Origin: Akkermansia sp.
GTDB taxonomy: Bacteria > Verrucomicrobiota > Verrucomicrobiia > Verrucomicrobiales > Akkermansiaceae
Length of the DNA: 64,000 nt
NCBI GenBank assembly: GCA_045579245.1
Contig: JAZNLU010000044.1
Location: 1,243 to 65,242, forward strand
Reading direction: 5' to 3'
The notes below the pieces were generated by a model, which was not told where the DNA came from, did not search any database, and saw only the letters and a program-made list of their open reading frames with translations. Below are positions 58,401-64,000 of the stretch, piece by piece; positions within the stretch are counted from its first letter, which is position 1, and every line of letters starts with the position of its first letter. The position numbers and the translations under genes are program-made.

Positions 58401-58467
58401 GCGAGCTGAGAGCAGCGAAAGCAGCCAGCAGGGCACGACGAAGAGAAAGGTTCAGATGAAGCTTCAT
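49423..58467 (-). CDS. Giant surface protein, paralogue of 39793..48705: signal peptide + peptidase S6-like domain + PATR repeats + PEP-CTERM anchor
   Basis: 3014 aa, with N-terminal MKLHLNLSLRRALLAAFAALSSLSYTASA. DLQYYMDFARNKGIFGVGATNIAVYYKDG, LVTPQFVAGASHVG, DVEVQRLNKIVTEVTYIPM and MFGDSGSPQYAWD closely follow the IgA1-protease/Hap/SPATE N-terminal pattern as I remember it. The C-terminus is AVPEPTTATLSLLALAALVARRRRK. Confidence 0.85.
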   Translation of the reverse strand: MKLHLNLSLRRALLAAFAALSSLSYTASAGMVDTRYDLQYYMDFARNKGIFGVGATNIAVYYKDGTSVQNPVIPIMPNLDGYGQKMTEKNMQYGVLMGFGGCGLVTPQFVAGASHVGENPVLFLTEDGDMSTIYRSTGYKSYATDVEVQRLNKIVTEVTYIPMADDAFIRTLKAGDWLWRLGDGKQYNSSGEIVTSLTGSNTLGGIIGIDSVVQNAGKDWLIRANCRQYDVGSDLRTPLDIGHMFGDSGSPQYAWDAENNRFVFVVATSQGTTNAEFNNQSWLRSNPTRVQEGMDSFTVVADQFSGTETIIWSAQDATTGKGTLTQGNVSVAYTGKGSSNTDKDTLGLTFSTSDTENVQTLELQASVNMGAGAMTYESGKWKLTEKDAASTFNSAGFVVNKGAELTLELTATSAEEWRKVGEGIMTIAGSDDNEAVLRVGGGTTQYNVTYDDDGNITGCTLGNIGETRLNRTDGYAASSVRLEGGVAILVLMQDGQFKTKSVAGDTFSFGNAGGLLNLNGHNLEWGVINQDGSGKGARIGNFTPLGEQTPGLATFTYTGTGTFSGCFMDEGSGEGKAQLAVKYNNAENGVWTLTGNHSNAGGFTVEAGTMKLQGSLTPHVHMTDRNDWTYASLSGSDVTVKSGATFQLSHHALMTGNVNVEDGGSFVINQTVNAVSESIVGSKRQDMAQLGITSLIGNVVLNGEASMVVATDSPVATTMKGNIINNYNVQTPLPSNPSIMITSQAFAPFTKQGSGVFVVDGQLQVPRGTVEEGGLVVTDSGNFVSTYTRWTINEKGFLAVQGLDGQSLVNCIHVDSTGVLALTTDQATELVLKTESIDRSNLIIGAWGNVSYGTADAELSTVTDATYGEVWRLGGGTGTLNVNFKLTGNADLLIGNEWSSGTVHLTNKANDFTGDIYIQGFGNKLSYVDGALGSARVNLSYSNALAMYQAAQLDIIKDGASGVLALGTNEDLDLSRTTLSLGANGEYTYSGALTVGDTYRFGGSGQLTVDTVLDGTKAMEIDGQGTTGSSVTFARENAFIGSIVAGGGLHLDTANSSGDIGIHVGHEDALANVSSVMLQKGAVLYTDGGSLTVNNLTMESGSALRNNGATNSLVLLNVSEGVKTTLADGVLDSTADTAALHLVKGGKGTLSMATNSSWSGGLTIGEGKVTASITAIGNTTSVGGIGSVNNTIYVAEGGTLSLNGVKRTGWQLGGTCLPQTITGTGTVEFSTGGAALFSEQSASFEGTIKLMGNTRLYVGTHLAIDDYHVYKNNKNAVNNATIDIEAGSQVRITSGTRYLKAVKVSLNTDFVISGDGFKGSDSGLIHSGCNAGALSIDGDSTVYGDITLKDDASIASWSAGPVLNPNSVSNSQSCTVSYIQDQMQVGNASYAIKNYLGGTVRGCILGEGKTLTVRGNEGMTFTADSANTFGNLVIANGNGNNDDKFALRLNGGKAVSQTSTALGMGDVTLNAGLILRLAGTGVANNTDVVYTYANDMAAGNGATIQSYNITNRLTGTVSMSGSSLNLATANGGVLELAGGIDGSGTLNVGAASVVSLGSAVAPLSAESPQFSGSIVAGAGADITLASSSVLASTTAITGTEALTLRFGGAGDYALGGISGASALTLHFDFTNTPTAGDEATWTTLNSSIAAGTTTIALDLNLFNELEQGNYTLISSAGTGTTYQLADTMNGRLNLVNDAGALVLTVGADNRLYWRTGGSGIWNTTDANWYSDAAAGSTTFSSNANVMLDATGVAEGNSTAARETISLSDSVTVGTLGAQESAYEVTGAGAITGTSLAVGNGGDLKLSNAGGSTFKEGVVVNDAALTVEGNTVTADVRAEAGGQFSLQKGAGLSGNLTISDAEATISQSTLEGEVTARGNGRLVLESAAVSGARQLRFEEAGVLSASSGVTLSGTFTFAPRQTVLQAEGMAIDTGSLSSTAALEVDTLAMSGASLTLTHAADTTTQIDTITGNGSLNKESAGNLNLGDASLNGLTLKGGGVTTISGTVTVSNQLSVGKETLNLEQGAVVTVRQLTSGNTGNDSPSVININGGELHITGTTNVAMNNDACTSNSILLAHWKTSNSTLVLNGGKLVAEGAVLNTSRDSKGTFNAFGGEATLLGIDLMGHDDSARDGEFNLGKTDGGTVTVTLGSSGIKNISRGAVVNLGEGTLKASADFSISGSNAVNLVGVAKGTAFDTNGHKITVSTALNGDGNITKLGEGTLLISGSGSAYAGNIAVNAGALAVDATGKDILTSAASVAVGDGATLDLSALNFTDASHRISVSTGTHISFADKSTVAFGGMVADTEYGVFDISGGVLEGWTDLSASNFTIDGVRLSDMGRVVLSLGMTGGFSYTIEDGWDLVWNGGASKQAWNQNEANIVWQTTRPDDTTGELVETSVGYKNNDNVVFNSDADLELEGNIRMNNMTVADGVNLKTNGNLTITGALNVGSNVSWSFSGDTSLSFTETQLKGFAAMEVGEGATLRVTDFGSDRNTTSTALDHVSGSGKVVLNYNVLNTDNGIGFDFSGLTGKVQVDSGRVLLSSSTFGETHPDFVLMSANSQLVFSSQTGTELKGNVVLGASTTIHVNSGTPQNCSGTISGTISGSQFGLTKAGGGSLTLAGQTTLGSLLINGGSVTVSNGMTLDGTDRLQLEANTKLLLTDGASIRRTNEAASWIRGSMEVQENASATFTSIDDVHLSYDNGNNKGSIVLRKNSRLAMDVDILSFYNGSSISMETKAELQLTKSKAHISNRGDANATITASSTGARSAQTYSMGNSNFAVSNAHFKSVATNNATLSNKLVNSSVENAGSGKLTVSHASNSITDVYASAGDMAVMQQAAGLNLDELVVASGKTVSAYTGTEATAAAEANVTVSKRAEFGAGAVLNANLTLAAGTTLEVGVGGLTMGSTLTLNQGLTLGADTLSRVQGLSVGESATLFRGVDGLKLADTSYTTITTEDSILASPWFTNLTGDQYVLTYTGTDNGSLSITMMSAAVPEPTTATLSLLALAALVARRRRK

Positions 58468-58659
58468 GGTGGAGGAACGGTTCGCATTGGGCGCGGGCAG
58501 AGCACAGCTCCGCCCAGAAACTCAGGTGGAATGATAGCAAAACGGGTTTGTGATGTCCAGCAGATAATGACCGCTCAACAAAAATGGCTCGAAAAAAATG
58601 CGGGGCAGAAAACAATCAAAGGGACACACGGCACTACGTTGAAAAAAAATGGGGAAACA

Positions 58660-59190
58660 ATGGCATCTATCCGTCAAGAGTCACGCAAAAACGAGACAAG
58701 CCAGAAGCGAACAAGCCTTGAGCTTGACAGGGCAAGGCTATCTGGTAGAATGGGCGATGTTATGCGACCAGCCGTCATCACGGGTTATATTGTTGCTTCT
58801 GCATTTGCGCTGTGTGGTTTAGTCAACAGCATGCAGTTCTGCCTGTACGGTCGGCACGGCACCGTTGGATTTTTTGTCAATGGGCTGCTCATTGCCATAC
58901 AGCCGCTGGCCATGGCGAGCATCATATTTCTGTTGGCACAAATTCTCGTCCGCATGGGACAGCAGCACAGCAACAATGCAGGGGGAAGCAGCCGGAATCG
59001 ACCTTCTGCGGCAAAGGCCGCACCAGCCCGGGTAAAACAGGATTTCTCTCCGCACCGAATGCCGGAGCGCTATTTCCCGATACGAGAGGACTCCCCCATT
59101 GACAATCCTCCCGTCACGAATCCGGATGAGGATGCCTCTCCCGAATCGAAAGAAGACCTGCTTTTTCAAGCTACACTAACGCCGGCATGA
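58660..59190 (+). CDS. Small membrane protein, unknown function
   Basis: I take the internal ATG of track ORF 57910..59190, whose upstream part is the antisense shadow of the giant gene. There are two or three predicted TM helices (VITGYIVASAFALCGLV, GFFVNGLLIAIQPLAMASIIFLLAQILV). Its stop overlaps the next start (ATGA). Confidence 0.45.
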   Translation: MASIRQESRKNETSQKRTSLELDRARLSGRMGDVMRPAVITGYIVASAFALCGLVNSMQFCLYGRHGTVGFFVNGLLIAIQPLAMASIIFLLAQILVRMGQQHSNNAGGSSRNRPSAAKAAPARVKQDFSPHRMPERYFPIREDSPIDNPPVTNPDEDASPESKEDLLFQATLTPA

Positions 59191-60152
59191 CCGCATCCTC
59201 ATCATCAGCTCGTCGGATACTGGCAAATCTGGCTCAGCAGCATACCGGCTGGGAAACACTCCCGGATATGTTGGAGCCCGTGGCTTCCGGCGCGTCCGGG
59301 CGCAGCATCATGCGCGTTCACGGGCTGATGGCCATTCACTGGACAGGCATACGCGCGGACAACAATTCTTTCCTCCCCGCTGCACGAGGGCTGGCTGCGG
59401 CCGGTATACGCGTACCGGCCATTGCGGCAGAGTTGAGCCTGCCGGATGCCTGTGGGGCGTGTCTGACGGAGGATTTGGGCACGATTGACCTGCTCTCGCT
59501 GAAAACCGCCCCGGAGGAGGAGAGACTGGATGCCTACCGCCGCGCCATCGACACGCTGATTCCGTTCTGGCAGCTGAAGCCGGACTGGGAGCTGCAACCG
59601 GCCTTCGATAGCGCCGTGTACCGCTGGGAGCAGGAATACTTTGCCGAGCATTTCATCGGCCGGCATCTGGGGCTGAAGTCAGAGGACTTTCTGAAACAAT
59701 CGGCCTTGCAGGACATGGCCGAATGGCTCGCCGCCCTGCCCCGCGTTCCCGTACACCGCGATTGCCAGAGCCAGAATATCATGCTGAGGGACGGGCAGGC
59801 CTGGCTCATCGACTTTCAGGGGATGCGCATGGGGCTGGCGGAATATGACCTGGCCTCCCTGCTCTATGACCCGTACATGGAGCTCGGGTTGAACAGCCGC
59901 CGGGAAATCCTCCGCTATTGGAGCGAGCAGAGCGGACAGACCCTCCGCACCGATATTTTCGCCGCCTGCGCCATGCAGCGTCTCATGCAGGCTCTGGGAG
60001 CCTTTGCCAACATCGGGCACAACATGGGCAAAGCCTGGTATCTGGAGCAGATACCGGCCGCGCTGACCGCTCTGCGCCACGTCATTGATAACACACAGCC
60101 GGGTTCACCCGCAACCGCAGCCGCCGCATGTCTTCATCACGTCGTAAAGTAA
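59187..60152 (+). CDS. Aminoglycoside-phosphotransferase-fold kinase (AmgK-like sugar kinase candidate)
   Basis: VHRDCQSQNIMLRDGQAWLIDFQGMRMGLAEYDLASLLYDPY is the APH catalytic loop plus DFQ motif. It resembles MurNAc/GlcNAc anomeric kinase AmgK as I remember it. Confidence 0.6.
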   Translation: MTASSSSARRILANLAQQHTGWETLPDMLEPVASGASGRSIMRVHGLMAIHWTGIRADNNSFLPAARGLAAAGIRVPAIAAELSLPDACGACLTEDLGTIDLLSLKTAPEEERLDAYRRAIDTLIPFWQLKPDWELQPAFDSAVYRWEQEYFAEHFIGRHLGLKSEDFLKQSALQDMAEWLAALPRVPVHRDCQSQNIMLRDGQAWLIDFQGMRMGLAEYDLASLLYDPYMELGLNSRREILRYWSEQSGQTLRTDIFAACAMQRLMQALGAFANIGHNMGKAWYLEQIPAALTALRHVIDNTQPGSPATAAAACLHHVVK

Positions 60153-61480
60153 AAAGCCGCGTCAGTATCGTCGGCGTCCTGTTCTGGGCCGGGCTCATTG
60201 CAGCCGTCTGGTTCACCGGGCGTATCTTTCTGCCGGACAACTGGTTTTACGACTATGTCAACCAACGGCACGGCATTACGCCCCAAAATGGCAAACACAT
60301 CCAGCTGGTGCCTGCCGGGAGCCCCACCCGGATGGAGTCCTACACGGTGGAGCACCGCGAGCTTATCTGCCCGACGGTGGGCATGGTGGAGCTCAACAAC
60401 GCCACCTGTGCCGCCAGCTTTGCTGCCCTGCCTCTGGGGCCGCAGGACATGGCTGTGCTGCTGAATCGGCTGAAACAGGCCGGGGTGCAGGATATTGCCC
60501 TCTCCTCCCCCCTGACCTGGCAGCAGGAGACGGGGGATATGTCTCGCGAGATGTTCTGCCGGGTCATGCAGTCCTTCCCCCACGCTGTTGCCGGGCTTCG
60601 GGGGCGCACCGCCGCCCAGTCGGACTTCACCCCGCTGGAGCTGCGCCAGTCTGCCATCCCCGCTGAAAATGTGCAGGGAGATGCCCGCGGGCTGCCCATT
60701 GCGAACCGCCCCCTGCCCAACAGCCTGACCGCCACCCCGGATTCGCTGGCCGTTGTATGGGCACCGGACTGGTTGCAGGATGAACCGCATACGCATAAAC
60801 CCTCTGCGGTGGAAAAAATGTCTTTCCCCCTGCTGGTGCGCTGGAACGGTGAGACGATTCCCACCCTGCCATTCCGTCTGGCGCTCATGCGACTGGGGCT
60901 TAAATCCGAAGATGTGCAGGTGAAGCTGGGTGAAAGCATCACATACGGCGGTATCACCCGCCCGCTGGATCGCCACGGGCGCACCCGCATTGAAGAAGCC
61001 AGAGTCGTTTCGCTGGCCTTATCCGATGTGGTGAGCGGCAGCAACATCCGCGAAACGCTGGGCGAAGGCTCCTGCGTGGTCATGGAAGAGCCCGCCCCGA
61101 AACAGGATACCCCCCGGCGTCTGGAGCGACTGGCACTCACGGTTTCTCAGCTTGCCGGAACGGAAAAAGTCACCCACGAAACGGCACAGCGCATCGTGGG
61201 CGGTCACGCGCTGCAGGAGCACGTCCTGCTGAGCGGTTGGAAACAATACAGTCTTGCCGGTGTCGGCCTATTGCTCATTCTGTACATCCTGCCGCGCTTC
61301 CACGGTCTGCTGCGCTGGCCGATTCTCCTGTTCATCCCGATTTGGCTGCTCCGGGAGGCCTGGCTGGTATGTACCGTCACCTGGGTACCGGTATCGACGC
61401 TGCTGGTCTGCTGGCTACTGTTCCTGATTGCCGTCTGCGTGCTCAAGCCGACAAAGAAAGGGCTTTTTGATCGGATGTAG
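60128..61480 (+). CDS. Membrane protein, one N-terminal and three C-terminal TM helices (CHASE2-like topology)
   Basis: 450 aa. The N-terminal TM is VSIVGVLFWAGLIAAVWFTG, followed by a soluble domain of about 330 aa and then three hydrophobic helices. I recognise no catalytic motif. Confidence 0.45.
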   Translation: MSSSRRKVKSRVSIVGVLFWAGLIAAVWFTGRIFLPDNWFYDYVNQRHGITPQNGKHIQLVPAGSPTRMESYTVEHRELICPTVGMVELNNATCAASFAALPLGPQDMAVLLNRLKQAGVQDIALSSPLTWQQETGDMSREMFCRVMQSFPHAVAGLRGRTAAQSDFTPLELRQSAIPAENVQGDARGLPIANRPLPNSLTATPDSLAVVWAPDWLQDEPHTHKPSAVEKMSFPLLVRWNGETIPTLPFRLALMRLGLKSEDVQVKLGESITYGGITRPLDRHGRTRIEEARVVSLALSDVVSGSNIRETLGEGSCVVMEEPAPKQDTPRRLERLALTVSQLAGTEKVTHETAQRIVGGHALQEHVLLSGWKQYSLAGVGLLLILYILPRFHGLLRWPILLFIPIWLLREAWLVCTVTWVPVSTLLVCWLLFLIAVCVLKPTKKGLFDRM

Positions 61481-62288
61481 TCGGCTTGTTCGGTCGGAAA
61501 TACAGGCGTCTGCCGGGGCCGTCCAGCCAGACCTCCACCTGCTCCAGTATCTGAGTGCCCAGCACCACATGCGGGGTCTTGAAAAAGCTCTCGCAGACCA
61601 TCACGTTTTCCAGTTGCAGGCGACCCAGCTGTAACTTCGGCACGGGAACCACCGCAATGCGGAAATAGCCACCCGCCGCCGGGCTGTCACCGCTGAATTG
61701 CAGGATACGCGCCTGCGGATAGGATTTCAGGAAGCGCTTCCACATCTTCGGTGGCAAATAAACGGCATGGGGAGCGCCGCTGTCCATCATGCAGTCCCCA
61801 AGCCCCTTGATATGCACCATGGGTCGCCCCCACTTCTGCACCGCCACGCTGTCCCATTGACGCACCTCCGGCGGCAGGGATTGCCGAAACTCGTGCTTGC
61901 CTGCACCATAATCCAGATGCCAGACGTGCTTCCGCAGCTCCGGCCAGCCTATCAAGCCATCTGTTGTGGCAAAAAAGGAATGCACTACCGGGCAGTTCTC
62001 CCGGACGGGTGAGCCATTTCGCGACAGGCTCACGTCAAGGGAACTGGGCTGCATGGGCTTACCCCAGCGGATTTTGTCTCCCAGTTTTGTAGCTGTTACA
62101 GGGAAAATAACAGCCGGAAGCTGGGAGCCGGTATCGGCTCCCATGGTCAGTTTCTCCCCCTTGCTCCAGGCATGGATTTCCGGCATTCTTTCCGGTGGAT
62201 TCACCGCAGAAATGCCCATATCCAATCTGGTACGACATCCCGGCAGCAACACGGCCGCAGCCAACAGCAACAGACACATTCTCGTCAT
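61443..62288 (-). CDS. Lipoprotein with a retropepsin-like aspartic protease signature
   Basis: I start at the ATG at 62288 (MTRMCLLLLAAAVLLPGC, a lipobox). GDCMMDSGAPHAVYL (D-S/T-G-A) and the later VVLGTQILEQVEVWLDG fit the clan AA pattern. Confidence 0.5.
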   Translation of the reverse strand: MTRMCLLLLAAAVLLPGCRTRLDMGISAVNPPERMPEIHAWSKGEKLTMGADTGSQLPAVIFPVTATKLGDKIRWGKPMQPSSLDVSLSRNGSPVRENCPVVHSFFATTDGLIGWPELRKHVWHLDYGAGKHEFRQSLPPEVRQWDSVAVQKWGRPMVHIKGLGDCMMDSGAPHAVYLPPKMWKRFLKSYPQARILQFSGDSPAAGGYFRIAVVPVPKLQLGRLQLENVMVCESFFKTPHVVLGTQILEQVEVWLDGPGRRLYFRPNKPTTSDQKALSLSA

Positions 62289-62525
62289 GCCTGTTGAGAC
62301 AAAAACCGCCTCCGCACCGCAGGTAAACGGTTGGAGACGGTTGGTAAACAGTTTAATCAGCCGGTTTATGCCTTGGCGAAAGTATCGCAGCAGGGGCACT
62401 CACCCAGAGCCCAGTTTGCCTTGCCGGATTCAGCAATGTGTACCAGAGCGTGGTAGGTGTCTTCCTCATCTGCAGAAACCCTGGCGGCAATATCGGCAGC
62501 TGTGGCCGGAGTTGCGCGGCGGAGC

Positions 62526-62860
62526 TCATGCTTGTCGCCTCTCGTAGTGCCCATGTTGCGCGAAGGTAATTGCCTGTTGCTGGTTGAGGTGAAGCGTCAG
62601 CGGGAGCTTCTCTTCGCCAAACACAAAAAGCCGTCCGCAATCCTTATGCAGAGAGCCATTCTTGACCAGCTCGTGGATGTTATGCCCCTTTTCATAATTC
62701 ATGTTCAGCTGAATCAGCGGCTCCGGACAGAACTTTTTTGTTCGTTAAGGAACTTATGAACAACAGACTTGATGTCCTCTTCCCGGATGATATTAAATCC
62801 CTGGGAGAAGTCATTGTAGCGACTTGTGAGTTGCTCGTGAAATTGAAAGATGTCGTTCAT
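62526..62860 (-). pseudogene. N-terminal remnant of a large DEAD/DEAH (YprA/MrfA-like, DUF1998-associated) helicase, frameshifted
   Basis: The ATG at 62860 gives MNDIFQFHEQLTSRYNDFSQGFNIIREEDIKSVVHKFLNEQK. After a 1-nt shift at the T6/A6 run 62734-62739 it continues KFCPEPLIQLNMNYEKGHNIHELVKNGSLHKDCGRLFVFGEEKLPLTLHLNQQQAITFAQHG. That is the characteristic WPEPLIQLNP...LH...L..HQ..AI leader of that family. It stops before any P-loop. Confidence 0.5.
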
Positions 62861-63934
62861 AGTACGAAAGATACGCGCGCATGATAGTTCTACCTGAAAA
62901 TGCCCCTCCGTTCAAGCTCCAAAGCCGCCTTTTTGCTTACATGCGATAGTCTCATTTAGGCTCTCTTAGTTGCAACAAATCTGTTATTCTTTCATACTAT
63001 GCTTCTTACATTGTTTTACACCTAGACTTTTGAGCTAAAAACAATTCAATTCGCCCTATTTATTTACTTGTAGAATCTCTTATCTTTTTATCATCAGAAG
63101 CTTACAGGATTTACCTGCTTTGACTCCCTTTCTTTTTCAGCAAAAAGGGCTTAGGCATGCTTAGTTTTTGGCCCCTTGCGGAAGCAAAAGGCAGGTTAAA
63201 ATCAGCTTGCTTGGCCTTCTTTACAAGCAATGACTAAACCGGCCAAAGCATTGTAAAATCAGGGCAAAAGAAAAAACCGAACCAGAGTAGAAACTGATTC
63301 GGTTTTACGAGGTTGAGTGGAGTTAAAGAGCCATCAGCTTGGGAAAATTGAGCCCGGAAATCGCTTTTTTCGTTTTTCCTACGTTCAGCCCAAGCAAATG
63401 GTGAAAAGATTGTAATATATTGGATAGAAGCCTTTTGTGAAAGAACCTCCACAATTAGGGAGACTTTTACATCGCTTGTAAGAGGTCAGGCAAAATGAAA
63501 TACAGCATTCGTGGGAGTATTATAGCTATATAATGAAGCAACATGTCAAAATTACGTTGTCCGGATTACTTGAAAGAGCATCTCTTATCTGGTAGAATAC
63601 ATCCGCTCTTCCGCCACCACTAGTCTGGTGGGTGGCCATGTCACCTCTCAGCGGGGAGTATACCAACCCTGTCCGTTGATGTGATGTGTCCTCCAGGGTA
63701 CGGAACAGCAGAGAACTTGGTTGGAGGAGAAATGAATCATGCATGCTATCGACATGATTGAGCTTCTGTTGCTCATTATACAGGTCACCCTGTTTGTGCT
63801 TCGGCACCTCTGATGAGTCATAGGGCTCCGCTCGGCTCGGATGACCACCGGGTCGAGCGCATGTCTCCGTCATCAAAAATCAAAATAGGTGAATTGCAAG
63901 TTCAAATGCGACACTTTTTGAAAAAAGTGCATAT

Positions 63935-64000
63935 TCAAGATTTTGCAGGATAAAAATCCAGGCCAAGTTCTTTCGCTTTGTCTTTTGCAGACATGCCATC
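63935..64000 (-). CDS. C-terminal end of an unidentified gene (runs off the right edge)
   Basis: The minus frame reads ...DGMSAKDKAKELGLDFYPAKS*, with the stop at 63935-63937. It is followed by a hairpin CACTTTTT-tc-AAAAAGTG (complement of about 63914-63931). Confidence 0.3.
   Translation of the reverse strand, partial: DGMSAKDKAKELGLDFYPAKS

Noticed and set aside
40117-58436. Many long + strand ORFs inside the two giant genes (e.g. 44239..45834, 46375..47625, 52240..53448, 56050..57180)
   Set aside because: All are antisense to continuous 9-kb minus-strand ORFs that have clear signal peptides, S6 motifs and PEP-CTERM ends. Their translations are Arg/His/Gly-rich low-complexity sequence.
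57910-58659. The upstream two-thirds of the 426-aa + ORF 57910..59190
   Set aside because: It overlaps the 5' end of the giant minus-strand gene and its promoter region, and its composition is junk-like. Only the part from the ATG at 58660 looks like a real membrane protein.
62366-62554. A 62-aa ORF (…HIAESGKANWALGECPCCDTFAKA) as an intact small metal-binding protein
   Set aside because: It has no ribosome-binding context, overlaps the end of the helicase remnant frame and belongs to no family I recognise. It is possibly a distal fragment of the same decayed gene, so it is not annotated as a CDS.
63526-63876. A 116-aa minus ORF, and alternatively a known housekeeping ncRNA (RNase P, tmRNA, SRP, 6S, group II intron domain V)
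   Set aside because: The protein has no motif and odd composition. I could not find any of the conserved sequence blocks of those RNAs by eye. It is kept only as a low-interest finding.

Overview
The window is a 64-kb stretch of bacterial chromosome with G+C in the mid-50s %. It is most consistent with Verrucomicrobiota, Akkermansia-like, because it has giant PATR-repeat proteins ending in PEP-CTERM anchors and several prepilin-type proteins. The taxon is an inference and was not checked.

Layout:
(1) 1-16.3 kb is a housekeeping block: DUF2851, a STAS protein, squalene/phytoene synthase, lepB, uppP, three pseudopilin-like genes, a lipoate-ligase-family gene, purN, glutamate decarboxylase, a transglutaminase-like protein, rsmE, dnaJ and grpE.
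(2) About 16.8-39.4 kb is a patchy-composition accessory/defence island that ends at a tRNA-Phe/tRNA-Pro pair. It holds an unknown overlapping ORF pair, a 5'-truncated Y-family polymerase plus a YolD-like gene, an AlbA_2/HATPase-wHTH protein, a stand-alone OLD-family ATPase-TOPRIM nuclease, a complete six-gene type 1 BREX operon (brxA-brxB-brxC-pglX-pglZ-brxL) with a low-GC DUF2971 gene attached, a frameshifted wHTH gene and a decayed tyrosine integrase with 11-bp tandem repeats.
(3) 39.8-58.5 kb holds two tandem paralogous genes of about 3000 aa. Each encodes a signal peptide, a peptidase-S6 (IgA1-protease/SPATE-like) domain, PATR repeats and a PEP-CTERM anchor. They are separated by a 717-bp spacer that contains a roughly 320-bp imperfect palindrome and an array of five hairpins alternating with four AATTTCGC boxes.
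(4) 58.6-62.3 kb holds small membrane proteins, an APH-family kinase and an aspartic-protease-like gene.
(5) 62.4-64.0 kb holds a helicase remnant and AT-rich sequence with no convincing ORFs.

BREX itself is a known system. The best candidates for something undescribed are:
- the low-GC cassettes riding on it (the OLD gene with its AlbA_2 neighbour, and DUF2971 downstream of brxL)
- the AT-rich mosaic segment inside pglX
- the unknown ORF pair at the island's left edge
- the S6-protease/PEP-CTERM giants
- the hairpin-box array between the giants

All family calls rest on motifs I recognise by eye. No database search was run.
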